A stretch of DNA of 64,000 bases, from assembly GCA_030656555.1 (NCBI GenBank), contig JAUSPN010000040.1, positions 375 through 64,374 on the forward strand. The letters run 5' to 3'. Every line of letters starts with the position of its first letter. Position 1 is the first letter of the stretch. Position numbers and translations under genes: made by a program. Under the pieces are notes generated by a model that saw only the letters and a program-made list of their open reading frames with translations, did no database searches and was not told the origin of the DNA. Origin of the DNA: Candidatus Desulfaltia sp. GTDB taxonomy: Bacteria > Desulfobacterota > Desulfobacteria > Desulfobacterales > ETH-SRB1. This document shows, piece after piece, positions 30,043 through 40,445 of this stretch.

Positions 30043-32733
30043 ACTGCGCAGAACGTAAGCCAGTATCCCTCCATGCCTGTAGTAACTGAGCTCTATTGGA
30101 GAGTCGATCCTGGCGGTAACCATAAATTCGATCTTTTCGCCGTCTTTCCGGTTGGCGCAAACCAAAAGTTTCCCCCCGGGTTTTAGTTTGTTTTGAATCC
30201 CTATTATATTATACAGTTCGGTTCCATCCAGTTGAAGCGATTCGGCATTTTCACCGGATTTGAACTGAAGAGGTAAAACACCCATGCACACAAGGTTGCT
30301 CCTGTGTATCCGCTCGAAACTTTCAGCAATTACCGCTTTAACTCCAAGTAAAGAGGTTCCTTTGGCTGCCCAGTCCCGAGAACTGCCGGTGCCATAGTCG
30401 CTGCCTGCCATAATCAGCAGCGGTGTTCCTTGCTTTTGATAATGCATGGCTGCTTCATAGATGGACATTTCTTTTCCTTCCGGCAAACAGATGGTCCATC
30501 CACCCTCTATGCCTGGCACAAGCCTGTTTTGAAGACGGATATTGCCGAATGCGCCCCGCAACATAACGTCATGGTTTCCGCGCCGGGATCCAAACGAATT
30601 AAAATCCAAAGGCTTTACGCCATGCTCAGTAAGATATACGCCGGCCGGACCGTCAGCAGGGATTGCGCCCGCAGGTGAAATATGGTCTGTTGTAACGCTG
30701 TCTCCAAGAAGAGCCAGAATCCTTGCTCCCTTGATCTCCTGAATCTTTGGAACCTCACGCGTTATTTTCTTAAAAAAAGGTGGTTCCTTGATATAAGTTG
30801 ATTTTGAATCCCATTTGTAAATTGCTCCTTCAGGAGTCGAAATCGATTTCCACTGGTTTGATCCTTCAAACACCGTTGCATACGCTTTTCTATATATTTC
30901 CGGTTTTATGGTCTTTTTAACAACTTTTTCAATCTCCTCCATGCCGGGCCATATTTCACTCAAATATACCGGCTTGCCGATGGAATCAATCGATATGGGC
31001 TCTTTTTCAAAATCAATGTCCACTCTCCCTGCAATGGCGTAAGCAACAACTAATAGGGGCGATGCAAGAAAGTTGGCTCGGGTCAGGGGAGAAACCCTTC
31101 CTTCAAAGTTACGGTTGCCGCTTATCACAGATGCAGCCACGAGGTTGTGTTCCCTTATAGCATTTGCCACAGATTCCAAAAGAAGCCCGCTGTTACCGAT
31201 ACAGGACGCGCATCCATAGGCAACAAGGTTAAACCCCAGAGCATCTAAATATTGCATCAGCCCAGCAGCCTTAAGGTATTCTGTAACCACTTTAGACCCT
31301 GGTGCCAGGCTGGTTTTAACCCACGGCTTGGCACAAAGTCCTCGGTCAACAGCATTTTTTGCCAGCAGACCTGCTCCAACCATAACCGAGGGGTTTGAGG
31401 TGTTGGTGCAGCTTGTTATTGCCGCTATAACCACACAACCATTGCCGATACTAAATGTATTACCGTCAATGCTGATCTCAACAGATTTTGCGCTTTGCTG
31501 ATTTGGGGAATTGCCGGTTGCGAATGATTCCTTCAAGTCATTAATAAAACTCTTTTTCATTTTCAAAAGAGGAATCCGCTGCTGGGGACGGCTTGGGCCG
31601 GCCAGGCTCGATTCTATACCGCTCATGTCCAGATGGATGGTATCATTGTAAATCGGGTCCGGCATTGCCGAAGTTCTGAAAAGGCCCTGGGCTTTGCAAT
31701 AATTTTCAACAAGGTTGATATTTTTTTGTGATCGACCCGATAGACCAAGGTACTTGATTGTTTCATCATCTACAGGGAAAAAACCCATGGTTGCTCCGTA
31801 CTCTGGGGCCATATTGGATATTGTCGCCCTATCTTCGCAGCTCAGGCTCTTTACCCCGGGCCCGTAGAATTCAACAAATTTGCCGACCACCTTTTTTTTT
31901 CGAAGCAGTTCGGTTATGGTAAGCACAAGATCTGTAGCCGTGGCTCCGTCAGGAAGCCTGTTGGTCAGATTACACCCGACTACCTGGGGAGTAAGCATAA
32001 AATAAGGATTGCCGAGCATCACGGCCTCGGCTTCAATACCGCCGACACCCCAGCCAAGAACACCGATTCCGTTAATCATGGTAGTGTGGGAATCAAGGCC
32101 GACAAGGCTGTCCGGGAAAGCGATCATTTGCCCATTTTCTGTCTTTACAAATATTACTCTTGCAAGGTATTCCAGATTAACCTGATGAATAATGCCTGTT
32201 GCCGGAGGCACTACATTAAAATTTTTAAAATTTTTCTGCCCCCAGCGCAAAAAGGCATAACGCTCTGAATTACGTTGAAACTCCTTTTTAACATTATACT
32301 CAAAGGATCTCGCAGAACCGAAAGAGTCAACCTGAACCGAGTGATCAATTACCAGTTCAACTGGAATATCAGGATTGATTTTCATGGGATCGATATTAAG
32401 GCGATTTGCGGCATCTCGCATGGCAGCCAAATCAACAAGAGCCGGAACCCCTGTGAAATCCTGGAGCAGGATTCGGGCAGGCATGAAAGGAACCTCATTG
32501 TTTCCGGAAACCTTTGGATTCCATCTTGCCATATTTTCTACGTCATCGGCATTCACTACAATACCGTCTTCATTCCTGAGCAGGTTTTCCAAAAGTATTT
32601 TTATACAAAAAGGAAAGCGATCGATATCGGCAAAACCCGAATCCGCAATTTTTTTCAGATCATAGTATACAAAAGAACCATCAGATGTGTCGAGAATCGA
32701 CCTTGTTCCAAAACTGTTTTTGCACGCTGTCAT
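30037..32733 (-). CDS. acnA: Aconitate hydratase A
   Basis: QDFTGVP, DSHTTM, AITSCTNTSN, CASCIGNSG, SGNRNFEGR, TTDHISPAG. Confidence 0.97.
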   Translation of the reverse strand: MTACKNSFGTRSILDTSDGSFVYYDLKKIADSGFADIDRFPFCIKILLENLLRNEDGIVVNADDVENMARWNPKVSGNNEVPFMPARILLQDFTGVPALVDLAAMRDAANRLNIDPMKINPDIPVELVIDHSVQVDSFGSARSFEYNVKKEFQRNSERYAFLRWGQKNFKNFNVVPPATGIIHQVNLEYLARVIFVKTENGQMIAFPDSLVGLDSHTTMINGIGVLGWGVGGIEAEAVMLGNPYFMLTPQVVGCNLTNRLPDGATATDLVLTITELLRKKKVVGKFVEFYGPGVKSLSCEDRATISNMAPEYGATMGFFPVDDETIKYLGLSGRSQKNINLVENYCKAQGLFRTSAMPDPIYNDTIHLDMSGIESSLAGPSRPQQRIPLLKMKKSFINDLKESFATGNSPNQQSAKSVEISIDGNTFSIGNGCVVIAAITSCTNTSNPSVMVGAGLLAKNAVDRGLCAKPWVKTSLAPGSKVVTEYLKAAGLMQYLDALGFNLVAYGCASCIGNSGLLLESVANAIREHNLVAASVISGNRNFEGRVSPLTRANFLASPLLVVAYAIAGRVDIDFEKEPISIDSIGKPVYLSEIWPGMEEIEKVVKKTIKPEIYRKAYATVFEGSNQWKSISTPEGAIYKWDSKSTYIKEPPFFKKITREVPKIQEIKGARILALLGDSVTTDHISPAGAIPADGPAGVYLTEHGVKPLDFNSFGSRRGNHDVMLRGAFGNIRLQNRLVPGIEGGWTICLPEGKEMSIYEAAMHYQKQGTPLLIMAGSDYGTGSSRDWAAKGTSLLGVKAVIAESFERIHRSNLVCMGVLPLQFKSGENAESLQLDGTELYNIIGIQNKLKPGGKLLVCANRKDGEKIEFMVTARIDSPIELSYYRHGGILAYVLRSL

Positions 32734-32880
32734 ATCTTTTCCTTACACATTTCAAAGATTCGGAATTCACAGTTAGAGGACGATGAAGCTTGAGTTGTGG
32801 GTTCTTATTGAAAACTAAAAAATACCAATCGTCAATTGAAATTTGACAATATATTTTTAAGCTGTTTCTTTCTTTTATTC

Positions 32881-32909
32881 TTGACAAAATTTTGCGGGTT
32901 GACTATAAG
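32881..32909 (+). promoter_or_regulatory. Candidate sigma-70 promoter of RsbRD-dsrMKJOP
   Basis: TTGACA - 17 nt - TATAAG. Confidence 0.6.
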
Positions 32910-32978
32910 CTCTAACTTAAAATCAAACCTCATAAGATGATAGATGCTGATTTTCATGTGTTAAATTAATAAGGAACA

Positions 32979-33509
32979 ATGCTGAGAATGAGGCTAAACG
33001 ATTTACTGAAGCAAAAAAAAGCCGCAATTGTTAAACAATGGTTTGATATGGTGGTTAATACTTATCCTCTCGACACCTCTCAGTTTCTCAAGGGCCAGAA
33101 AGATCCTTTTGCCAATCCTGTTGGAAACACCATTTCGCAGGGCATTGAACCTCTATTTGATGAATTAATCAATAAAATGGATCAAAACACAATAACATCG
33201 TTTTTGGAACCTATCCTCAAAATCAGAGCTGTCCAGGTAATGTTTTCTCCCTCACAAGCTGTTGCCTTTATCTTTTCTTTGAAAGAAGTAATTAGAAAAA
33301 ATTTAAAAAAAGAAACCAGCGATAATGAGATTTTAAATGAGTTGTTGCTGTTCGAGTCAAAAATTGACGAGATGGGATTAATGGCATTTGATGTTTTTAT
33401 GAAATGCAGAGAAAAAATTTACGCAATTAAGGCAACCGATGAAAGAAACAGAACTTTCAAGGCCTTTGAAAGAGCAGGCCTGGTAGCAGAAAGCCAGGAT
33501 GCCTGGTAG
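32979..33509 (+). CDS. RsbRD N-terminal-domain protein
   Basis: KDPFANPVG, KIRAVQ, FSPSQAVAFIFSLK, CREKIY; this family commonly precedes dsrM. Confidence 0.85.
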   Translation: MLRMRLNDLLKQKKAAIVKQWFDMVVNTYPLDTSQFLKGQKDPFANPVGNTISQGIEPLFDELINKMDQNTITSFLEPILKIRAVQVMFSPSQAVAFIFSLKEVIRKNLKKETSDNEILNELLLFESKIDEMGLMAFDVFMKCREKIYAIKATDERNRTFKAFERAGLVAESQDAW

Positions 33510-33524
33510 CAGAATGCCAGTAGG
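33479..33524 (+). repeat. Imperfect 23-bp tandem duplication over the stop codon
   Basis: CCTGGTAGCAGAAAGCCAGGATG / CCTGGTAGCAGAATGCCAGTAGG. Confidence 0.7.
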
Positions 33525-33584
33525 ATAGATCGAGCAATTAATTTCAGATATATATTTTAGGGCTATACAGCGAGGTAATGTTAA

Positions 33585-34586
33585 ATGAATTCAAAGTATA
33601 TGTTTTCCCTCATAGCGGTTGTTGTGCTGATTTTGCTAGCCTATGTGGGAGTTGAGGCGGCTGGACTTCAGGTTATTTTTGGCATCGTTATACCTTATAT
33701 AGCCGTACTCATCTTTATTGTGGGGTTTATATCTCGTGTAATGGACTGGGCGCATTCACCTGTTCCATTCCGCATTCCCACTACATGTGGCCAGCAAAAA
33801 TCTCTCCCCTGGATCAAACATTCTAAGATAGACAATCCGTTTACTGCCGGCGGCGTAATTGTGCGGATGTTTTTTGAAATACTTTTTTTCCGCTCATTAT
33901 TCAGGAATACCAGGTGCAGAATAAATGAAGGGGCTAAAATCTCATATATATGGGAAAAGTGGTTGTGGCTTGCGTCATTGGCATTCCACTATTCTTTCCT
34001 TACCGTGCTGATAAGGCATCTGCGGTTTTTTCTTGAGCCTGTGCCTGTATGTTTGCAGTTGCTGGAGAATGTCGATAGTTTCTTCCAGGTCGGTTTGCCC
34101 GGGCTTTTCCTGTCCGGCGCAGTTCTTTTAGCATCTGTAACCTTTCTGTTTTTAAGGAGAATCTATATTCCGCAGATAAGATATATTTCCCTTGCTGCAG
34201 ATTTTTTTCCGCTTTTCCTTATTATCAGCATAGCCACTACCGGCATTCTCATGCGTTATTTCACAAAGGTGAACATCGTAGGCATTAAAGAGTTTGCCAT
34301 GGGTTTGGCAACACTTCATCCAACTGTGCCTGATGGTATAGGAAGCCTTTTTTATGTCCACCTGTTTCTTGTAAGTGTTCTTTTTGCATATTTCCCTTTC
34401 AGCAAACTCATGCATATGGGAGGTATATTTTTGAGCCCTACCAGGAATCTGCCAAACAACAACCGTGCTGAAAGACATATCAACCCCTGGAATCCCTCTG
34501 TTAAGATTCATACATATGAAGAATATGAAGATGACTTCAGGGAAAAAATGATAGAAGCTGGACTTCCAGTGGAAAAGGAGAGCTAA
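33585..34586 (+). CDS. dsrM: Sulfate reduction electron transfer complex, b-type cytochrome
   Basis: PVPFRIPTTCGQQKSLPWI, FPFSKLMHMGGIF, PTRNL; NarI-like. Confidence 0.97.
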   Translation: MNSKYMFSLIAVVVLILLAYVGVEAAGLQVIFGIVIPYIAVLIFIVGFISRVMDWAHSPVPFRIPTTCGQQKSLPWIKHSKIDNPFTAGGVIVRMFFEILFFRSLFRNTRCRINEGAKISYIWEKWLWLASLAFHYSFLTVLIRHLRFFLEPVPVCLQLLENVDSFFQVGLPGLFLSGAVLLASVTFLFLRRIYIPQIRYISLAADFFPLFLIISIATTGILMRYFTKVNIVGIKEFAMGLATLHPTVPDGIGSLFYVHLFLVSVLFAYFPFSKLMHMGGIFLSPTRNLPNNNRAERHINPWNPSVKIHTYEEYEDDFREKMIEAGLPVEKES

Positions 34587-36199
34587 TGGCTGCACTTCCC
34601 AAATCAGATGAATTGTTTTCGAAGATTAATTATAAACCTCCACAAAGTGGATGGATGGATACCCCTGCAGTACTTAGAGAAGGGATGTTTTGTTTTGCCG
34701 CTAAACCGAAAAGCGTTGAAACACTTAGTCTCCCCTACCCCAGGGAATGGAATCCTAGAAATGATGACTGGCTGCTTCCAGAAAACTGGAAAGAGATAAT
34801 TTATGAGGGTATGAAAGATCGACTGGGGCGATTTAGAACCTTCAAAATTTTCATGGATATCTGTGTGCGGTGCGGAGCATGCGCCGACAAATGCCATTTT
34901 TTTATCGGAACAGGCGACCCGAAAAATATGCCGGTTCTCAGGGCCGAACTTATACGATCTGTATATAGAAATGATTTTACAACGTTCGGAAAAATGCTGG
35001 GAAAGCTTGCAGGTGCAAGACCTCTCACTTTAGATGTTTTGAAAGAGTGGTGGTACTATCTTTTTCAGTGTACTGAATGCCGCCGCTGCTCGGTCTTTTG
35101 TCCATACGGTATTGATACTGCCGAAATCACCATTATCGGCAGGGAGCTACTCAATCTTCTTGGCCTTAACATTGACTGGATAGCGACACCTGCTGCAAAT
35201 TGTTACAGGACAGGAAATCATATGGGGATTCAGCCACATGCATTTAAAGATATGCTTGATTTCTTTGTCGATGAAATTGAAGAGGTAACCGGAGTAAGAG
35301 TAGAGCCTAGTTTTAATAAAAAAGGCGCGGATATTCTGTTTATTACCCCGTCCGGTGATGTGTTTGGCGATCCAGGCACATATACTGCGATGGGATATTT
35401 GATGCTGCATCACTATTTAAAGGTGAACTACGGGCTTGATATTACATGGAGTACCTATGCTTCAGAGGGAGGAAACTTTGGCTTTTTCACTTCCAATGAA
35501 ACAATGAAACGTCTTAACGCAAAAATGTATGCTGAAGCCAAAAGGCTGGGAGTAAAATGGATTCTCGGAGGAGAGTGCGGGCATATGTGGCGGGTTATAA
35601 ACCAGTACATGGGCACCATGAACGGCCCTGCCGATTTTCTTGAAGAACCGGTTAATCCGATAACAGGCACCAAGTTCGAGAATGCCAAGTCCACCAAAAT
35701 GGTTCATATTATTGAGTTTACTGCTGATCTTATCAAACACGGCAAACTTAATCTTGATCCGAGCCGTAATGATCATTTAAGGGTTACATTCCATGATTCC
35801 TGTAATGTTGCAAGGGGCATGGGAATGTTTGATGAGCCAAGATATGTTATAAAAAATGTGTGCAATAATTTTTATGAGATGCCAAGAAACTGTATAAAAG
35901 AACAGACATTCTGCTGTGGAAGCGGGTCCGGCCTGAATGCAAGCGAAGATATGGAATTGCGGCTTGCAGGAGGTCTGCCAAGGGCTAATGCCGTAAAATA
36001 TGTTCATGATAAACACGATGTGAACATGCTGGCCTGTATATGCGCAATTGACAGAGCTGCGCTTCCGCCGCTTATGAAATACTGGGTCCCCGAAGTGGAT
36101 GTTACAGGTACTCACGAGATGGTGGCCAATGCCCTGATCATGCCCGGAGAAAAGGAAAAAACCGTTAATCTGCGTGGAGAAGAACTACCGGGCAAATAG
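34586..36199 (+). CDS. dsrK: Fe-S/CCG subunit
   Basis: CVRCGACADKC, CTECRRCSVFCP, GECGH, HDSC, CCG. Confidence 0.97.
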   Translation: MAALPKSDELFSKINYKPPQSGWMDTPAVLREGMFCFAAKPKSVETLSLPYPREWNPRNDDWLLPENWKEIIYEGMKDRLGRFRTFKIFMDICVRCGACADKCHFFIGTGDPKNMPVLRAELIRSVYRNDFTTFGKMLGKLAGARPLTLDVLKEWWYYLFQCTECRRCSVFCPYGIDTAEITIIGRELLNLLGLNIDWIATPAANCYRTGNHMGIQPHAFKDMLDFFVDEIEEVTGVRVEPSFNKKGADILFITPSGDVFGDPGTYTAMGYLMLHHYLKVNYGLDITWSTYASEGGNFGFFTSNETMKRLNAKMYAEAKRLGVKWILGGECGHMWRVINQYMGTMNGPADFLEEPVNPITGTKFENAKSTKMVHIIEFTADLIKHGKLNLDPSRNDHLRVTFHDSCNVARGMGMFDEPRYVIKNVCNNFYEMPRNCIKEQTFCCGSGSGLNASEDMELRLAGGLPRANAVKYVHDKHDVNMLACICAIDRAALPPLMKYWVPEVDVTGTHEMVANALIMPGEKEKTVNLRGEELPGK

Positions 36200-36281
36200 A
36201 GCGATCCTGATGGAATTATGTATGGCCTGTTTTCCCAGGCCGGTAGTTGAATGCCGATTTCAGTAATGGAGGATGAAGTGG

Positions 36282-36680
36282 ATGAATGATAAAAACAAAA
36301 TCATCACCGGTTTAATCATTTTTGTTATATTTATAACGTTTCCTTTTTGGTATAATATGGGGAAAGCAGCTCCTGTCCCCGAACCAAAACTGACAGAAAA
36401 GGCAAAACTTGAAAAAGAATGTATTGAGCCAAAGGAGTTTATGAAGGCAGAGCACATGCAGATACTTGATGTCTGGAGAGAATCTGTTGTAAGGAATGCC
36501 AGCAGGACTTATGTGAGCAAAACAGGCAAAAAATTTAATATGAGTCTTGCCAGCGGAGATGATTCATGTATTGGATGCCATTCCAGCAAGGCTGATTTTT
36601 GTGATAAATGCCACAATTATGCATCGGTAAGACCTTACTGCTGGACTTGTCACATAGAGCCGCCAAAGGAGAAGAAGTAA
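36282..36680 (+). CDS. dsrJ: Triheme cytochrome c
   Basis: CIGCH, CDKCH, CWTCH; HMQILDVWR; start placed at ATG 36282. Confidence 0.96.
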   Translation: MNDKNKIITGLIIFVIFITFPFWYNMGKAAPVPEPKLTEKAKLEKECIEPKEFMKAEHMQILDVWRESVVRNASRTYVSKTGKKFNMSLASGDDSCIGCHSSKADFCDKCHNYASVRPYCWTCHIEPPKEKK

Positions 36681-37465
36681 TGGAAAACAGCAGAAGAAGC
36701 TTCTTGAAAATAGCTGGTATTTCAGCTCTTGGTTTTGGGACAAAGCCCGTTCTGAATGCATTTGCTTCTGGTGGAAACAGCGAAAAGCATGAAGCTGAAA
36801 TCCAGAAAAATCCAGCTGCTTTAAAAGCAAAAAGATGGGCTATGGTTATAGATACCAGAAAGTACAAGTCGGAAGAGGACCTCAAGCCGATTATTGAGGC
36901 TTGCGACAAGATCCATAATATCCCTAAGCATACGAACAAAAGACACGAAATCATGTGGATATGGATTGACGAATTTAAATATGTCTTTACAAATCAGGAA
37001 CATGAATTTGTTGATGACAGGGTAAAACATTTGCCATTTCTGGTGCTTTGTAATCATTGTGAAAAACCCGCATGTGTTAGAGCCTGTCCGACCAAGGCAA
37101 CTTTTAAGCGGGATGACGGAATTGTTCTAATGGACTTTCATCGCTGCATAGGGTGCAGGTTTTGCATGGCTGCATGCCCCTATGGATCGAGAAGCTTCAA
37201 TTTCAGAGATCCACGTCCTTTCATCAAGGAGGAAAACAAAGAATTCCCCACAAGGATGAAAGGGGTTGTGGAAAAGTGCAATTTTTGCGCTGAAAGGCTG
37301 GCTGTTGGGAAAATGCCGGCCTGCGTGGAAGCATCAAACGGAGCAATGGTTGCTGGAGATCTTTACGATCCTGAGTCTGAAATCAGAAAATTATTGAAAA
37401 ATAACTATACAATTCGTCGAAAACCGGAGCTTGGTGCAGGACCGGCCATTTACTACATAGTATGA
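36680..37465 (+). CDS. dsrO: Tat-exported Fe-S protein
   Basis: SRRSFLK Tat signal; CNHCEKPACVRACP, CIGCRFCMAACP, KCNFC. Confidence 0.96.
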   Translation: MENSRRSFLKIAGISALGFGTKPVLNAFASGGNSEKHEAEIQKNPAALKAKRWAMVIDTRKYKSEEDLKPIIEACDKIHNIPKHTNKRHEIMWIWIDEFKYVFTNQEHEFVDDRVKHLPFLVLCNHCEKPACVRACPTKATFKRDDGIVLMDFHRCIGCRFCMAACPYGSRSFNFRDPRPFIKEENKEFPTRMKGVVEKCNFCAERLAVGKMPACVEASNGAMVAGDLYDPESEIRKLLKNNYTIRRKPELGAGPAIYYIV

Positions 37466-37472
37466 GGTTATT

Positions 37473-38633
37473 ATGCTTGAATTAGCGATTAAAGGTAGCA
37501 AAAAATACTGGGTTTGGATTCTGAGCTTGCTCGCTGTTATGAGCATTGCTTTTTGTTTCTGGCTGTGGCAGCTTAGTTTCGGCCTTGGAATTACAGGTAT
37601 GAGCAGAGACGTTTCATGGGGTTTTTATATCGCCCAATTTACATTTCTTGTCGGTGTTGCAGCAGGGGGTGTTATGGTGGTTCTTCCATACTACCTCCAT
37701 GACTATAAAGCTTTCGGCAGGATTACTATTTTAGGTGAGTTTCTGGCTATAGCGGCTGTTATCATGTGTCTTATGTTTATTATTGCAGATCTTGGACAAC
37801 CTATGCGCGCTCTTAATGTTTTATTATATCCAACGCCGGGATCTGTCCTTTTTTGGGATATGATAGTGTTAAACGTGTATCTTTTGCTGAATATCATTGT
37901 GGGTTGGAATGTGATTGAGGCAGAACGGAATAATGTGCATTATCCAAGCTGGATAAAGGTACTTGCGATTTTTTCTATTATATGGGCGCCGGCCATACAT
38001 ACTGTAACAGCCTTTTTATACTGTGGTTTGCCGGGAAGGGGCTTCTGGCTAACCGCTATTCTTGCTCCGAGATTTCTTGCTTCAGCCTTTGCCGCAGGCC
38101 CTGCATTATTAATTCTTTTGTGCCTTATCATCAGGAGGGTAACAAAGTTTGATCCAGGCAGGGAACAGATTCAATCTCTTGCTAAAATTGTAACATATGC
38201 GATAATAATCAATGTATTTTTCTTCCTTTGTGAAATATTTGTAGTCTTTTACAGCAGAATACCGAGCCACATGTCTCATATAAAGTACCTTTTTTTCGGG
38301 CTTCACGGACATGCCGCACTGGTTCCATGGATGTGGGCATCAATGGCGTTTATGGTGATATCGATTATTCTCCTTGCTAATCCTGTTACCCGCAAAAATG
38401 AAGCTGTTCTGGCTTTTGCGTGCGTAATACTGTTTATCGGAACATGGATTGATAAAGGGCTTGGAATGATCTCAGGCGGATTTGTGCCGAACCCGCTCCA
38501 TCATGTTACCGAATATATCCCAACATTACCGGAGCTTGTTATAGCTCTCGGTGTTTGGGCAACGGGATTTTTTGTATTAACCCTGCTTTTCAAGATTGCT
38601 GTTACTGTTAAGGAAGAGGTTTCCGGGGTATAA
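37473..38633 (+). CDS. dsrP: NrfD-family membrane protein
   Basis: GITGMSRDVSWG, ADLGQP, HTVTAF, WIDKG; last gene of dsrMKJOP. Confidence 0.96.
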   Translation: MLELAIKGSKKYWVWILSLLAVMSIAFCFWLWQLSFGLGITGMSRDVSWGFYIAQFTFLVGVAAGGVMVVLPYYLHDYKAFGRITILGEFLAIAAVIMCLMFIIADLGQPMRALNVLLYPTPGSVLFWDMIVLNVYLLLNIIVGWNVIEAERNNVHYPSWIKVLAIFSIIWAPAIHTVTAFLYCGLPGRGFWLTAILAPRFLASAFAAGPALLILLCLIIRRVTKFDPGREQIQSLAKIVTYAIIINVFFFLCEIFVVFYSRIPSHMSHIKYLFFGLHGHAALVPWMWASMAFMVISIILLANPVTRKNEAVLAFACVILFIGTWIDKGLGMISGGFVPNPLHHVTEYIPTLPELVIALGVWATGFFVLTLLFKIAVTVKEEVSGV

Positions 38634-38637
38634 AAAG

Positions 38638-38685
38638 ATGATAAATTCGTAAAAAGTCAAAAACCACTTTTTACGAATTTATCAT
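38638..38685. repeat. Perfect 20-bp inverted repeat (empty form of the TGATGAATTCGTAAAAAGT family)
   Basis: ATGATAAATTCGTAAAAAGT-CAAAAACC-ACTTTTTACGAATTTATCAT. Confidence 0.92.
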
Positions 38686-38699
38686 AATATAATATGCAT

Positions 38700-38735
38700 A
38701 AAAAGGGTTCGCAATTTATCGATGAACCCTTTTTT
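38700..38735. terminator. Bidirectional intrinsic terminator between dsrP and fdhD
   Basis: AAAAAGGGTTC...GAACCCTTTTTT. Confidence 0.75.
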
Positions 38736-38758
38736 GTATTTTAATCGGTTTAAGTTTT

Positions 38759-39535
38759 TTAACAGGTTAATTGTTTGCCAAACCGATGTTTGCCGCAGAA
38801 GATGTATAAGCCGGAACCTTTGGCAAGACATGCCAGGGTCATATTTAGTTTTGTTGCAATCTCTACGGCAATGGAAGTGGGACGCGACATTGCAAGTATA
38901 ACAGGAATTCTTGCCCTTGCAGCCTTCTTGACAAGTTCATAACTGATACGGGAAGAAAGGATAAGGAGGGATGCCTTGTTGAGTGTATTATCCAAAAAGA
39001 GCTTTCCGATAGCTTTATCAACAGCGTTGTGACGGCCGACATCCTCAGCAACGGATAATAACTCAAAATCTGAATTATACAGGGCAGCGGCATGGGCTGC
39101 ATGTGTATTAGAACGCAAGGGTTGATGATTGGAGAGCCCTTCAAGACAATTTACGGCTGATTTGACATCTATTATAATTTCATCTGCCATGGGAGGAATG
39201 TTTTGATAATAAAAACTGTCAACTATATCCTGCCTCTCAAGAAGATGGGATATTTTATTTTTTCTTGATTCGCTCAGGGTAATGGCAACCACATTGGTAT
39301 CTGCATCATCTTTAAATGATAGTGATGTTAAATCATCGGGGATATCAATGAGTTCTTCATAAAGGCTGAAACCGGCCACATGCTGAAGTTCATTGCCAGG
39401 TGTGCGCATAATAACACAGTATGGTTTCCCCTGAACCAGAATTGATAAGGGTTTTTCATTAATAAGTTTGTGTTGCGCTAAAATTGTGTTTTTTTTATCA
39501 ATAAAAACAACCTGATGATTTAAAAAAGTATTCAA
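38759..39535 (-). CDS. fdhD: FdhD-family sulfurtransferase lacking the CGxCG loop
   Basis: EKPLSI, MRTPG, HAAAL, EDVGRHNAVDKAIG, SSRISYELVKKA, SRPTS. Confidence 0.85.
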   Translation of the reverse strand: MNTFLNHQVVFIDKKNTILAQHKLINEKPLSILVQGKPYCVIMRTPGNELQHVAGFSLYEELIDIPDDLTSLSFKDDADTNVVAITLSESRKNKISHLLERQDIVDSFYYQNIPPMADEIIIDVKSAVNCLEGLSNHQPLRSNTHAAHAAALYNSDFELLSVAEDVGRHNAVDKAIGKLFLDNTLNKASLLILSSRISYELVKKAARARIPVILAMSRPTSIAVEIATKLNMTLACLAKGSGLYIFCGKHRFGKQLTC

Positions 39536-39689
39536 CGAGACCTCCTTGCGTAAAATATAATTTAAAATTTTTTACTTGACAAAATAGTTTAATAAAATAG
39601 AAAATCAATATTTTATTAGTTGAAGGTTTCATAATAAGTCAAATGTTTAATTTTAAAAGTCGTTAAAATTAAGAGGGGAGCTAAATCAG

Positions 39690-40001
39690 ATGTACGCTAT
39701 AGTTGCTACAGGTGGAAAACAATATAAAATTCATGAGGGAGAAACTTTAAAGGTTGAAAAGATTCCCGGAGAAACAGGTGACTTTGTTTCTTTTGATAAA
39801 GTCCTCATGTTTTCAGATGGTAAAACTGTAAATATCGGCAGACCGCTTCTTGATAATGTGGTGGTTAAAGGACATATTGTTTTGCAGGGTAAAGCAAAAA
39901 AAATAATTGTTTTCAAGTATAAGAAACGGAAAAGATACCGCAAAAAGCAAGGTCATCGCCAGCAGCTTACTGATGTTATGATAGATAATATTGAAGCATA
40001 A
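39690..40001 (+). CDS. rplU: 50S ribosomal protein L21
   Basis: MYAIVATGGKQYK...GHRQQLT. Confidence 0.98.
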   Translation: MYAIVATGGKQYKIHEGETLKVEKIPGETGDFVSFDKVLMFSDGKTVNIGRPLLDNVVVKGHIVLQGKAKKIIVFKYKKRKRYRKKQGHRQQLTDVMIDNIEA

Positions 40002-40190
40002 ATAATATTTATAACAGTTCAGCCACTTAGGCACAAAGGCACAACAAAGGGATATTATTGACAAATTGAGGAATTAAAAGTGACAATCTCCTTCAATTTG
40101 CAATCCCTAAATTTCCAAATTATAAATTGCAAGAGAATTATTATAATCTTGGTGTCTTGGTGGCAGGAATATACGCAAGGAGTAGAAATA

Positions 40191-40445
40191 ATGGCACATA
40201 AAAAAGCCGGCGGCAGTTCAAGAAACGGTCGCGACAGCAAAGGACAAAGGCGTGGTGTTAAACGATATGGCGGAGAACAGGTAATAGCCGGAAATATACT
40301 GGTTCGCCAGCTTGGTACAAAGATTCATCCAGGTAATAATGTTGGAATGGGTCGAGATTATACATTATTTGCCACGATTGACGGGATTGTTGCTTATGAA
40401 CGAATGGGCCGTTTGCGCAAGAAAGTAAGTGTTTATGCAAATTGA
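40191..40445 (+). CDS. rpmA: 50S ribosomal protein L27
   Basis: [16 protein letters not shown]; start at ATG 40191. Confidence 0.98.
   Translation: MAHKKAGGSSRNGRDSKGQRRGVKRYGGEQVIAGNILVRQLGTKIHPGNNVGMGRDYTLFATIDGIVAYERMGRLRKKVSVYAN

Noticed and set aside
32831-32850. GTCAA-N7-TTGAC palindrome as a Rex or other operator for dsr/acnA
   Set aside because: Short and AT-rich, overlaps promoter-like TTGACA, and does not match the Rex consensus well
32979-38633. RsbRD-dsrMKJOP as a novel system
   Set aside because: Well-characterised complex with the canonical order and motifs
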